DNA of 56,536 nucleotides, from assembly GCA_947581815.1 (NCBI GenBank), contig CANPVX010000003.1, forward strand, positions 1 through 56,536, given 5' to 3'. Below, in pieces: positions 25,201 through 33,670 of this stretch. The notes under the pieces were generated by a model, which did not search any database, was not told where the DNA came from, and saw only the letters and a program-made list of their open reading frames with translations. The position numbers were made by a program, and so were the translations under genes. The DNA is from Candidatus Indicimonas acetifermentans. GTDB taxonomy: Bacteria; Gemmatimonadota; Gemmatimonadetes; Palauibacterales; KS3-K002. Each line of letters starts with the position of its first letter. Position 1 is the stretch's first letter.

Positions 25201-26239
25201 ATGCCTCTCGACACCCAGCAGCTGCTTCAGCTCGGAATCCCTCTCGCCGTAGCCTTTCTCGGGCTACTCGTCGGGTTTGTCGTGCGCAGGACGCTCCTCG
25301 CGCGGCTCGCGAGAGCAGCGAAGGATACGCGCTCCACCGTCGATGACGTCATCGTCTCCGCCGTCCACGGGCCCGTGGTGGTGTGGTTCTTCGTCGCGGG
25401 GCTCTATGCCGCGGTCCACGTCACGAGGCTGAGCCCGCGCGTCGTCGGGCTCATCCAGATCGTCCTCGTGGTGCTCGTGATCCTCTCGGTCAGCTGGACG
25501 CTGGCTAGTATCGCTGGCGCCGCTCTTCAGGCGTTGGCGGAGCGGGCCGATATCCCATCCGCCACGCTAGTCAACAACCTGGCTCGGATCACCGTGCTTG
25601 GCGTTGGCGGTCTGATGGTTTTGAATTCGCTGGGGATCTCGATCACTCCGATCATCACCGCGCTCGGCGTCGGTGGTCTAGCGGTCGCTCTTGCTCTACA
25701 GGACACGCTCGCCAATCTCTTCGCGGGCATTCACATACTGGCGACGCGTAAGATACGCCCGGGCGACTATGTAAAGCTCGCTTCCGGCGAGGAGGGATAT
25801 GTCGTTGACGTGACTTGGCGGCAGACGACGATCAGGCAGCTGCCGCACAACATCATCACCGTTCCGAACTCCGAGATCGCATCCACGAGCACGACCAACT
25901 ACAACCTGCCTCACAAAGAGCTATCTGTGTATGTGCAGGTCGGAGTGGCCTACGACAGTGATCTCGAGCACGTAGAGCGCGTCACCCTCGAAGTGGCGAA
26001 AGAGGTGATGAACGAGGTGGAAGGGTGGAGTGACAGGGTTCGAGCCGCTCGTCAGGTACCACACGTTCGGGGATTCGAGCATCAATTTCACGCTGATCAT
26101 GCGCGGCAAGGAATTCGTCAACCAGTATCTTCTCAAGCACGAGTTTATCAAGCGCCTGCACAAGCGGTTCGCAGAGGAGAAGATCGAGATCCCGTTCCCG
26201 ATTCGCACGATCCAGATGCAAGCCGAGAGCGAGCGGTAG
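25201..26239 (+). pseudogene. Small-conductance mechanosensitive channel (MscS family), interrupted by a 1-nt frameshift near 26020-26030
   Basis: Frame 1 encodes the TM3 and beta domain (ITALGVGGLAVALALQDTLANLFAG, PNSEI). The family's C-terminal domain (EPLVRYHTFGDSSINFTLIM...IEIPFPIRT) is in frame +1, in ORF 26030..26239. Confidence 0.75.
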
Positions 26240-26246
26240 CCGTGGC

Positions 26247-26275
26247 GTAACGCTTTGGGCCGCTCGATCGTCTAA
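26247..26275 (+). promoter_or_regulatory. ECF-type promoter candidate (GTAAC-N17-CGTCTAA) upstream of the sigma factor gene
   Basis: GTAAC at 26247-26251 and CGTC at 26269-26272, ~65 nt upstream of the ATG. This resembles the AAC / CGT signature of autoregulated ECF promoters. Confidence 0.3.
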
Positions 26276-26339
26276 TAAGAAAGGGATCGATAGGGCCGGA
26301 GCGCCCGGATTGGCGCTCTGATAGCGAACGGGCGCGATT

Positions 26340-26936
26340 ATGGAATTAGTCTCAAGGCCTGGCCTGACCGACAGGCGGAGAGCCCTCGAGGAGGAGGCTC
26401 TGCCGCACCTGGACAGCTTGTACAGATACGCCCTGCGCCTCGCTGGCGATGCGACTCTGGCTGAAGACCTGGTGCAGGACACGATTCTGAAAGCTTTCAG
26501 ATCGTGGAGCAACTACAGGCCCGGTACAAACGCCCGGGCCTGGCTTTTCACCATCCTGCGTAACACGCTCATCAGCCAGTACCGGCGCCGTCGCCACCAC
26601 GCCGAGAACGTGGACATCAGCGAGGTCGATGGCTATACGGTATTCGACGAGGTCCAGGCCCCCGATCCGGGCGAGCGGTTCTTCGCTCAGCTCGTCGACG
26701 GGGAGGTGATCCAGGCGATCGACTCGCTGCCGGGTGGCTACCGAGAGGTACTCGTGCTCAGCGACGTTGAGGAGCTAACCTACGAGGAGATCGCCGACAT
26801 TGTCGAGGTCCCGATCGGGACGGTCAAATCGCGACTGCATCGGGCCCGTCGCCTGCTACAGCGCCTGCTGTACGACTACGCGGTCGAGATGGGGTATATC
26901 GAGACCGATCACGCGTGCTGCGTGGGCGCAGCGTAG
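26340..26936 (+). CDS. ECF-type RNA polymerase sigma-70 family factor
   Basis: Region 2 (DLVQDTILKAFRSW, WLFTILRNTLISQYRRR) and region 4 (LSDVEELTYEEIADIVEVPIGTVKSRLHRAR). No adjacent anti-sigma gene. Confidence 0.9.
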   Translation: MELVSRPGLTDRRRALEEEALPHLDSLYRYALRLAGDATLAEDLVQDTILKAFRSWSNYRPGTNARAWLFTILRNTLISQYRRRRHHAENVDISEVDGYTVFDEVQAPDPGERFFAQLVDGEVIQAIDSLPGGYREVLVLSDVEELTYEEIADIVEVPIGTVKSRLHRARRLLQRLLYDYAVEMGYIETDHACCVGAA

Positions 26937-26959
26937 GTCGGCGGCACGCGGCAGCTTTT

Positions 26960-28495
26960 TCAAAAGGATAGTCCGGTAGCTCTGACGTCAGCTGCCAAAC
27001 CTTCCATCAAGTCGAGGCCGTAAGCCCGCCCCAGATCGATGGAGCGTGGCGCATGCCACTCGAACGGGCTTCCCGCGGTTTCAATCGTGACCGTTCCAAG
27101 ACCGAGACGGCGCTGGAAAGGCGTTTCGCGCATGTGAAGCGCCTGGATCTTGCGCAGAGGGACGATGTATGTCCGGCGATTCCACAAGCCCTCGCGGGTC
27201 AGCACGTAGGATCCGAGCCGCGCGTGTCCGAGATGTCGGTAATGTAGGCTCGCCAGGAGCCAGGCTGGGATCAGACCAAGGAGGATGAGTAGAGCCCAAG
27301 GCGTGAACAGCATCCAGAAGCCGATGCTCGCGGCGATCACGACTAGGGCTCGGCGGACGAACAGACGGCGGCGGGCTCTGGGGTGCGAACGCCTCCACTG
27401 GACGGATGAGAAGTCGAGATCAGGAAACACGGCGCCCAAGTACTCGGGCAAGTCATCGCGGCGGGCGATGGGCGCCAAGATCTCCATCTTCTCTTCCGAC
27501 TTCACGCTCGCGCCGTAGCCCGCGGTCTGCACTCGCAATGTCGCCAGACCCAGCCAGCGCCGCAGGATGGACTCTTCGATCAGAACGTTCTGGACGCGGC
27601 TCCTGCGGAGGCCTGTCTCCCTGCGCGTGAGCAGTCCATAACTCACCCGTAGCTCTCGTCCCGCGGCGATGAGCGTGAACTCGAAATAGCGTACGACGGT
27701 CAACAGGACGGAAAGCCCCCAGCCCAAGAGCCCAAAAACGAGGGCGAGGATTCCGGCCCCGATCAGAAAGGCTCGAAAGTCGCCTTGTGCAGACTCGAAG
27801 AGCGCCCTGACGGCGGCCTCAGTCTCCAAATATTCAGGAGGTATCACTCGCCGAAGCAGCCAATCGGTGGGCATGAAATCGAAGAGAAAGTCGCCGCCGA
27901 GCAGAAGGCCCACCAGCACACCAGCCCGGTTCGAGGTTGCGCCGGCGACGGCGAGCTCGAGGGGCGTTATGCGCCGCGCGAACGTCGGAGGCTCGGTTTG
28001 CGGCTGGGTCGCGACGGTGGCCGGCGCTGTGGCTCCCTCGGCGGCATCGGCGGTACCCGGGAGCTTGACCAGCGTGTCGCGCAGACGCAGCCCTTCGGCT
28101 TTGCTCACGTAGCGGAGCGTCGCTTCCGCATCGCGGCCGCCGGCGGTCTCTATGCGAGCTTGTGCCACACCGACCAGTTGTTGGATCACCCCGGCTTTCA
28201 AGTCGATGTGCTGAATGCGCGAGCGAGGTATCACGCGACGGCGGCGAAATAGGATGCCTTCGGTGATGACGAGGGTTTCATCCGTGACCGTGTATTTGAA
28301 GCGGAGGTATGCCAGGACAACGGCGCCTACGGCGATGGCAACCAGCGGCCACAAAGGAGCGCCGATCCGGCCGTCGAACATGGAGCCTGCGAAGGCGAGA
28401 AAGAGTAGAAGAACGTACCCGCCTCCAAAGAGGTTCAGGAGCGGCGTCGCGGGGTGCAGACGCCGCCAGCCGCTCCGGGCCTCAGCCTCGATCAT
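26960..28495 (-). CDS. YdbT-like membrane protein with repeated bacterial PH (bPH2/DUF304) domains
   Basis: Three repeats of TM hairpin plus PH-like module (e.g. RIQHIDLKAGVIQQLVGVAQARIETAG, VQNVLIEESILRRWLGLATLRVQTAG, IQALHMRETPFQRRLGLGTVTIETAG). ATG 28495 overlaps the upstream ydbS-like stop. Confidence 0.8.
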   Translation of the reverse strand: MIEAEARSGWRRLHPATPLLNLFGGGYVLLLFLAFAGSMFDGRIGAPLWPLVAIAVGAVVLAYLRFKYTVTDETLVITEGILFRRRRVIPRSRIQHIDLKAGVIQQLVGVAQARIETAGGRDAEATLRYVSKAEGLRLRDTLVKLPGTADAAEGATAPATVATQPQTEPPTFARRITPLELAVAGATSNRAGVLVGLLLGGDFLFDFMPTDWLLRRVIPPEYLETEAAVRALFESAQGDFRAFLIGAGILALVFGLLGWGLSVLLTVVRYFEFTLIAAGRELRVSYGLLTRRETGLRRSRVQNVLIEESILRRWLGLATLRVQTAGYGASVKSEEKMEILAPIARRDDLPEYLGAVFPDLDFSSVQWRRSHPRARRRLFVRRALVVIAASIGFWMLFTPWALLILLGLIPAWLLASLHYRHLGHARLGSYVLTREGLWNRRTYIVPLRKIQALHMRETPFQRRLGLGTVTIETAGSPFEWHAPRSIDLGRAYGLDLMEGLAADVRATGLSF

Positions 28496-28957
28496 CCAAC
28501 TCCTCCAGCTTCGCCAACTCTTCTCGCAGGTGCTCGGCCTCATCCTGCGCGAGGCCGGGAATCTCGGCGTCCGAACCGTGGGTGCCGGCTGTGTAGATGA
28601 CTAAAGTGCTGAGCCCCAACCAGCGCTGGAGCGGAGACGTGCGAGTATCCACGTGCTGGATACGGACGCGGGGGATCAGCGAGCGTGATCGCCAGATCAC
28701 ACCTTTCTGGATGACTACCTGCTCGGCGCTGACCTGCCAGCCGAAGAAACGGTACCGCAGTCCCGGCCATAAGAGGGCGAGGCCGAACGCGAATACCGCG
28801 GCCATGCCCGTGAGCGCGCCCGGGGCGAGGACTACGATCCTCTGCGGCAACAGTAAGATGAGCTCGAGGGCGGCGATCACCGCCGTGATGGCTGCCGCGC
28901 CGATCGCTCCGCTGGCGCGCCAGGCGATGACCACGTTGGGGTCGAGCGGGCTCAAGA
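28482..28957 (-). CDS. YdbS-like PH-domain (bPH2) membrane protein
   Basis: TM hairpin followed by RIQHVDTRTSPLQRWLGLSTLVIYTAG. The start is uncertain: TTG 28957 was chosen because the longer ORF to 29099 overlaps the upstream zinc-ribbon ORF and is Arg/Ala-rich. Confidence 0.7.
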
Positions 28958-28993
28958 GTCGACGTGCTCGGGCGAAGTGGGAGCAGCGCCTAG

Positions 28994-29272
28994 CTAGCGC
29001 TCGCCGAGCTTGGGTTGGGTGGCGCGGTGGTGCAAGCGTTTCTCGATCGGCCGAGCGCGCCCTCGGCGCGTGAGCCCCTGCCAGCCGCAGTGCAGGCACC
29101 AGCGCCGTTCGAGCCAGGGGGTGAGTCGACGCATCCAGACGCTGCGGATCAGCAAGGAGTCGCCTCTACACGCGGGACACTCGGGCCCGACGTTCACGGC
29201 CGCCAGGACTATCAAGCTGCCGCAGCTACATCCGATCGCCACGAGGCCGAGAAAAACGGATACAACCATCAT
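28994..29272 (-). CDS. Small membrane-anchored zinc-ribbon protein, unknown function
   Basis: 92 aa with an N-terminal TM (MMVVSVFLGLVAIGCSCGSLIVLAAV), followed by CPAC...CLHC. Confidence 0.5.
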   Translation of the reverse strand: MMVVSVFLGLVAIGCSCGSLIVLAAVNVGPECPACRGDSLLIRSVWMRRLTPWLERRWCLHCGWQGLTRRGRARPIEKRLHHRATQPKLGER

Positions 29273-29383
29273 ATGTTAAGAACGAGCTCCCGCGCGGTGT
29301 GTTCCAGCACCCGCTTTCAGTGTAGGCATCGAAGCTGATGGCCGCAAGACGGCTCGGTGTGTCGCTGAGGAGGTAAACGGTCC

Positions 29384-29590
29384 GTGTCGCAGGAATCGGA
29401 AAAAGTAGGTCTGTGCTTCGGTTGTCGCCACGCGCGGGTCGTAACGACCGCCCGCGGCGGATCGTTCTACCTGTGCCAGCTCTCCGCATCGGACCCGAGC
29501 TTCGCCAAGTATCCGCAGTTGCCGGTGATGCACTGTCGCGGCTACCGCGCGATGGCGGAGGAGGCCGACGCGTCTGGCGCAGACGAGTGA
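29384..29590 (+). CDS. Small conserved cysteine-rich protein (CxxC...C...C), unknown function
   Basis: 68 aa with a GTG start preceded by GAGGAGG. The pattern CFGCRH...RGGSFYLCQ...FAKYPQLPVMHCRGY looks like a widespread small Zn-binding protein family. Confidence 0.6.
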   Translation: MSQESEKVGLCFGCRHARVVTTARGGSFYLCQLSASDPSFAKYPQLPVMHCRGYRAMAEEADASGADE

Positions 29591-29642
29591 GCGGCGGTTA
29601 TCCGGTGAGTCGAGTTCGTTACGGCATATTGGCTTAGGCTAG

Positions 29643-30530
29643 TCACTCGCTCTTCGGCAGGTGGGTATCTAGCCACTCACTTACGACTGACGCCGCGTCC
29701 AGGTGCGCCACATCGACTCGATAATTGAGTAACCGCATCTCATCGTCTGAGATCAGCCCCGACAGCTCGGCCAGCGCGACGCCGACGCCGGGGTACTTGG
29801 CCAGCACTTCCCGGCGAATGAGCGGTGCCGCTTCGTAGGGTGGGAAGTAGCTCTTGTCGTCCGCCAGCTGATAGAGGTCGAGAGCTTGGATGAGCCCGTC
29901 TGTGGAGTTCCCCGCGATCAGATCGACCTGACCGTCGGCGAGGGCGCGGTACGTGAGGCCGAGGTCCATGGTGCGAGGTGGCTCCTGAAATTCCAGCGCG
30001 TACGTTTGTACCAACCCGCGATATCCGTCCTCGCGCTCCACGAACTCGTACCCGAAAGCCGCCGTCCAATCCCTTGTGTACGGCGCTGCGTCCGAGATCG
30101 TCTCCAGACCCAGCCGCCGAGCGTCGTCGCCCCGGACCAGGATCGCGAAAGTGTTGTCGAAGCCCAATGGCTCGCCCCAAACAACATCGAACTGCTCCTC
30201 ATAGACGCCGGCTACCGTCCTGTAGACCTCATCGGGGTCCGCGCCAGGCGGCCGCTCGAGGATGGCCGTTAGAGCGGTGCCCGTGTACTCGACGTAGATA
30301 TCGATCTGCCCCGCGACGAGTGCTTGGTGGGCGACGAATGTGCCGCCGAGGAAGAAGCGGCGATCGACCCTCAAATCCGTTCGCCGCTCGATCTGTTGAG
30401 CTACCAGCTCGCCCAGGATTGTCTGTTCGGTGAAGTTCTTCGAGGCCACTACTATTGAATCACCGCGGCTGCACCCGGCTAGAGCGAGGGTCGCCGCGAG
30501 TGCGAGGCGGCCGTAGCTAGGCGTGACCAC
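29643..30530 (-). CDS. Glycine betaine/choline-type osmoprotectant ABC transporter substrate-binding lipoprotein
   Basis: Lipobox LAGCS, OpuBC/OpuCC-like sequence (FTEQTILGE, DIYVEYTGT, NTFA). Last gene of a 3-gene ABC operon. Confidence 0.8.
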   Translation of the reverse strand: MVTPSYGRLALAATLALAGCSRGDSIVVASKNFTEQTILGELVAQQIERRTDLRVDRRFFLGGTFVAHQALVAGQIDIYVEYTGTALTAILERPPGADPDEVYRTVAGVYEEQFDVVWGEPLGFDNTFAILVRGDDARRLGLETISDAAPYTRDWTAAFGYEFVEREDGYRGLVQTYALEFQEPPRTMDLGLTYRALADGQVDLIAGNSTDGLIQALDLYQLADDKSYFPPYEAAPLIRREVLAKYPGVGVALAELSGLISDDEMRLLNYRVDVAHLDAASVVSEWLDTHLPKSE

Positions 30531-31206
30531 GGGAAGCTAAGCCTTCCGCCGTGTGCGGTTGGACCACGCCGGCACGAGCCGCACCGAAGCGGCGCTCGAG
30601 GCGGCCCAGGAGGAAGTCGGCGGCCAGAGCCATCAATGCCGCGGGTAAGGCGCCGGCGAGGATCAGAGTGTTGTTCACGGTCGCGACTCCTCGAAAGATG
30701 AACACTCCTAGCCCGCCCGCTCCTATGGCGGCTGCGATCGTGGCGACTCCCACTCCAATCACGACCGTGATGCGAATGCCGGCGACGATGACTCCGAAGG
30801 CGAGCGGGATTTCCACCATGAGCAGCAGCTGCCGGTCGGTCATACCCATGCCGCGGCCGGCCTCCCGCACGGCGGGATCGATGTCGCGAATCCCGACGAA
30901 GGTGTTTCGAATGATCGGGAGCAGCGCGTAGAGGACAAGCGCTATAATGGCTGTGCTGGCGCCGATTCCGCCCAGGAACGGCAGCGGTATCAGAAAGCCG
31001 AACAGCGCCAGGCTGGGGATCGTCTGAAAGGTATTGGCCACGCCCAGCACCGGTCCGCTGAGGCGGGGGCGGCGCGTGAGTAGAATACCCGTGGGCACAC
31101 CGATCAGAATGGCGATGGAGGTCGAAACACCCACGAGCAACAGGTGCTGTAGCGTGAGTGTGACGAACTCCTGCCGATTTCGAATCAGAAAGTCGATCAG
31201 GCTCAT
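30517..31206 (-). CDS. ABC transporter permease (OpuBB/OpuCB type)
   Basis: Polytopic protein with an EAA-like loop (VREAGRGMGMTDRQLL). It overlaps both neighbouring genes. Confidence 0.85.
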   Translation of the reverse strand: MSLIDFLIRNRQEFVTLTLQHLLLVGVSTSIAILIGVPTGILLTRRPRLSGPVLGVANTFQTIPSLALFGFLIPLPFLGGIGASTAIIALVLYALLPIIRNTFVGIRDIDPAVREAGRGMGMTDRQLLLMVEIPLAFGVIVAGIRITVVIGVGVATIAAAIGAGGLGVFIFRGVATVNNTLILAGALPAALMALAADFLLGRLERRFGAARAGVVQPHTAEGLASRGHA

Positions 31207-31997
31207 CCGGAGCCTCCCGTGCGTTCGTCGGACTGGCGGGCGGGCTCGCGCAACACGTCGGCGAAGGCCCGGGCCTCAGGGTGCTCCGCGCGCGTGAACG
31301 CTTCGGCTGTCCCGAGGAAGACCAGCTCGCCCTCGCTTAAGAGCGCGATCCGCGTAGCGAAGAATAATCCTTCCCGTACATCGTGGGTTACGAACACCAT
31401 AGTCTTCGCCAGTCGCGATTGTAACTGTCTGAACTCGCGCTGTAGCTGGACGCGAGTCAGAGGGTCGAGGGCACCGAACGGTTCGTCCAGCAGGAGCAGC
31501 GGCGGGTCGGCGGCGAGCGCGCGGGCCACCCCGACGCGCTGTTTCTGGCCCCCCGAAAGCTGCGAAGGCAACCGCCCGGCGAAGTCAGCAGGGTCGAGGT
31601 CGACGAGCCTCAAGAGCTCTTCCACCCGCTCATTCTTGCGATCAACTTCCCAGCCCTCGAGGGTGGGAACGAGACCGACGTTTCGCTGTACGGTGAAGTG
31701 TGGAAAGAGTCCGATGTCCTGGATGACGTATCCGATGCGGCGTCTCAGCTCCGTCGGATTCCAATCAGTAGTTGGCATCCCATCCACGATCACCGTGCCG
31801 GCGCTGGGCGTCAGCAGTCCGTTGATCAACTTGAGGGTCGTCGTCTTGCCGGAGCCGCTGCGACCCAGTAAGACCAGGACCTCGGAGCGCCGCACATCGA
31901 GGTTGAGGTTCGAGACTATGAGCCGGCCACTATGCAGACGGAAGCTCACGTCTCGAAACTGGACGATAGCCGAGTTGTCGCGGTCCATGCCTCGCAC
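31203..31997 (-). CDS. ABC transporter ATP-binding protein (osmoprotectant uptake type)
   Basis: Walker A GRSGSGKTT, signature LSGGQKQRV, Walker B LLLLDEP. The alternative ATG start is at 31988. Confidence 0.9.
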   Translation of the reverse strand: MRGMDRDNSAIVQFRDVSFRLHSGRLIVSNLNLDVRRSEVLVLLGRSGSGKTTTLKLINGLLTPSAGTVIVDGMPTTDWNPTELRRRIGYVIQDIGLFPHFTVQRNVGLVPTLEGWEVDRKNERVEELLRLVDLDPADFAGRLPSQLSGGQKQRVGVARALAADPPLLLLDEPFGALDPLTRVQLQREFRQLQSRLAKTMVFVTHDVREGLFFATRIALLSEGELVFLGTAEAFTRAEHPEARAFADVLREPARQSDERTGGSG

Positions 31998-32060
31998 AAG
32001 TACGGGACGTTCGAGCGGGCGTCAAGGCGCCAGGTAACGCCACAGCCGGAGCACACGCCT

Positions 32061-32813
32061 ATGTCCATCCCAATGCACACCCAGGATATCCCTCATCTCA
32101 CGACCGAGCAGATGGTCGAAGTGGATCGAGCGATGATCGAGGACTATCACATCGAGCTGATCCAGATGATGGAGAACGCCGGGCGCAATCTGGCCCAGCT
32201 CGCCCGGATGCGGTTCTTGGATGGCCATCCCGGTGGCAAAGACGTCGTCGTGCTGGCTGGCACGGGCGGGAACGGCGGCGGAGCGATGGTGTGCGCCCGG
32301 CGCCTGCATAATTGGGGGGCGAACGTGCACGTTTTCATCACGGCGCCGGATGAAGACTACACGGGTGTGCCGGCACATCAGCTCGATATTCTACGGCGCC
32401 TGCAAGTCGACATCTCATTGCCCCCGGAGGGAGTCCTAGACGCGAAAGGCGCGTCGACGCCGAGACTAACGATCGACGGCGTCATCGGGTACAGCTTGTC
32501 GGGCGCGCCGAGAGGCAGCGCGGCAGAGCTGATTCGCTGGGCCAACGCTGCGCGTGCCCCGGTACTAGCTCTCGACACACCGTCGGGCGTGGATACGACT
32601 AGGGGGAAGGTCTTTGATCCGGCGACTCGTGCGACGGCAACGCTCACGCTGGCGCTGCCGAAGCGGGGGCTATTCGGTCCTGACGTCAATGAGCACGTTG
32701 GCGAGCTCTATCTCGCCGATATCAGCGTGCCGCCCAGCTTGTACGCAAGAGAGCCCCTCAACATTCAGGTCGGAAACCTGTTCGGTTCCGGCGACATAAT
32801 CAGGCTGAAGTAG
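32061..32813 (+). CDS. NAD(P)H-hydrate epimerase (YjeF N-terminal domain protein)
   Basis: MENAGRNLA and VLAGTGGNGGGAMVCARRL motifs, plus DGVIGYSL. Confidence 0.8.
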   Translation: MSIPMHTQDIPHLTTEQMVEVDRAMIEDYHIELIQMMENAGRNLAQLARMRFLDGHPGGKDVVVLAGTGGNGGGAMVCARRLHNWGANVHVFITAPDEDYTGVPAHQLDILRRLQVDISLPPEGVLDAKGASTPRLTIDGVIGYSLSGAPRGSAAELIRWANAARAPVLALDTPSGVDTTRGKVFDPATRATATLTLALPKRGLFGPDVNEHVGELYLADISVPPSLYAREPLNIQVGNLFGSGDIIRLK

Positions 32814-32920
32814 GGCCTACCTATAAGATGAACTAAAGTACGTACGTAGGTAGCTCCGTGGAGCGGAGCGCCCCAAAGATCATATTGGGTGTGGCGGGGA
32901 TCGAAGATAGCACCGGCAGG

Positions 32921-32983
32921 CTAGATCTTGCGCTCGAGCCACTGTAGAACCTTTAATATTGCTCTAAGTATAAAGCGAAACAT
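32921..32983 (-). CDS. Candidate 20-codon small ORF (MFRFILRAILKVLQWLERKI) with a canonical SD
   Basis: AGGAGG (complement of 32991-32996) lies 7 nt upstream of ATG (32983). The ORF sits in a locally AT-rich intergenic islet. No homology was assessed. Confidence 0.3.
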   Translation of the reverse strand: MFRFILRAILKVLQWLERKI

Positions 32984-33076
32984 GGGCCGTCCTCCTTTCG
33001 TCTCCCGTACCTACGAGACAAGCCCGGGGTGGGTTTCGGGGTCTGGGATCGGCTCGATCATCAGGGGGAGAGACTT

Positions 33077-33670
33077 ATGCGACCGCGCCGGCTTTTCTTA
33101 GCGTTCGCTCTGCTGGTACTGGCGCCATTGGCGGCTGTGGCGTGGTGGTTGGGGTCTCCGCTCGTCTTAGACAAGGCGGTCGAGGAGGAGTTTCCGCTGG
33201 CGACGACCGCGCTGGTACCCGAGAGCATGACGCGCGCCGAGGTCGAGGCCGTGATGGGCACCATGGCCAAGCTCGATCAGGAGATGCTCGAGGCCGCTGC
33301 TCAGGGGATGGATTCGGCGGCGGTTATCAAGCGCGGCGAGTTCCGCGATGCAGACTCGTTCCACAAAGGAAGCGGCGCCGCGATTATCTACAGGCTGCCG
33401 GATGGGACCCACGTTCTGAGGCTGGAGGATTTTCGCGTGACGAACGGCCCGGATCTTCACGTGCTCTTGGTGAAGCATGCAGACCCTCGCGGTCGAGAAG
33501 ACGTGAAAGCTCAAGGAGATGTGGACCTGGGCAAGCTCAAAGGGAACATCGGAAGTCAGAACTATCCGATCCCGAACGAGATCGATCCCGCCGCGCTAAA
33601 CAGTGTGGTTATTTACTGCAAACCTTTCAGCGTCATCTTCAGCGTGGCGCCGCTCAGCGACGCGGGCTAG
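33077..33670 (+). CDS. DM13 domain-containing secreted/anchored protein
   Basis: N-terminal signal/anchor. DM13 signature GEFRDADSFHKGSGAAIIYRLPDGTHVLRLEDFRVTNGPDLHV and VIYCKPF. Confidence 0.8.
   Translation: MRPRRLFLAFALLVLAPLAAVAWWLGSPLVLDKAVEEEFPLATTALVPESMTRAEVEAVMGTMAKLDQEMLEAAAQGMDSAAVIKRGEFRDADSFHKGSGAAIIYRLPDGTHVLRLEDFRVTNGPDLHVLLVKHADPRGREDVKAQGDVDLGKLKGNIGSQNYPIPNEIDPAALNSVVIYCKPFSVIFSVAPLSDAG

Noticed and set aside
26012-26035. Programmed ribosomal frameshift as the explanation for the split MscS gene.
   Set aside because: There is no X XXY YYZ slippery heptamer or obvious downstream stimulatory structure. A 1-nt indel in a G-run, from an assembly error or a mutation, is the simpler explanation.
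28958-29099. N-terminal 47-aa extension of the YdbS-like ORF.
   Set aside because: It is Arg/Ala/Pro-rich, is not part of the family, and overlaps the 3' end of the better-looking zinc-ribbon ORF (28994..29272). An in-frame TTG at 28957 fits the family length.
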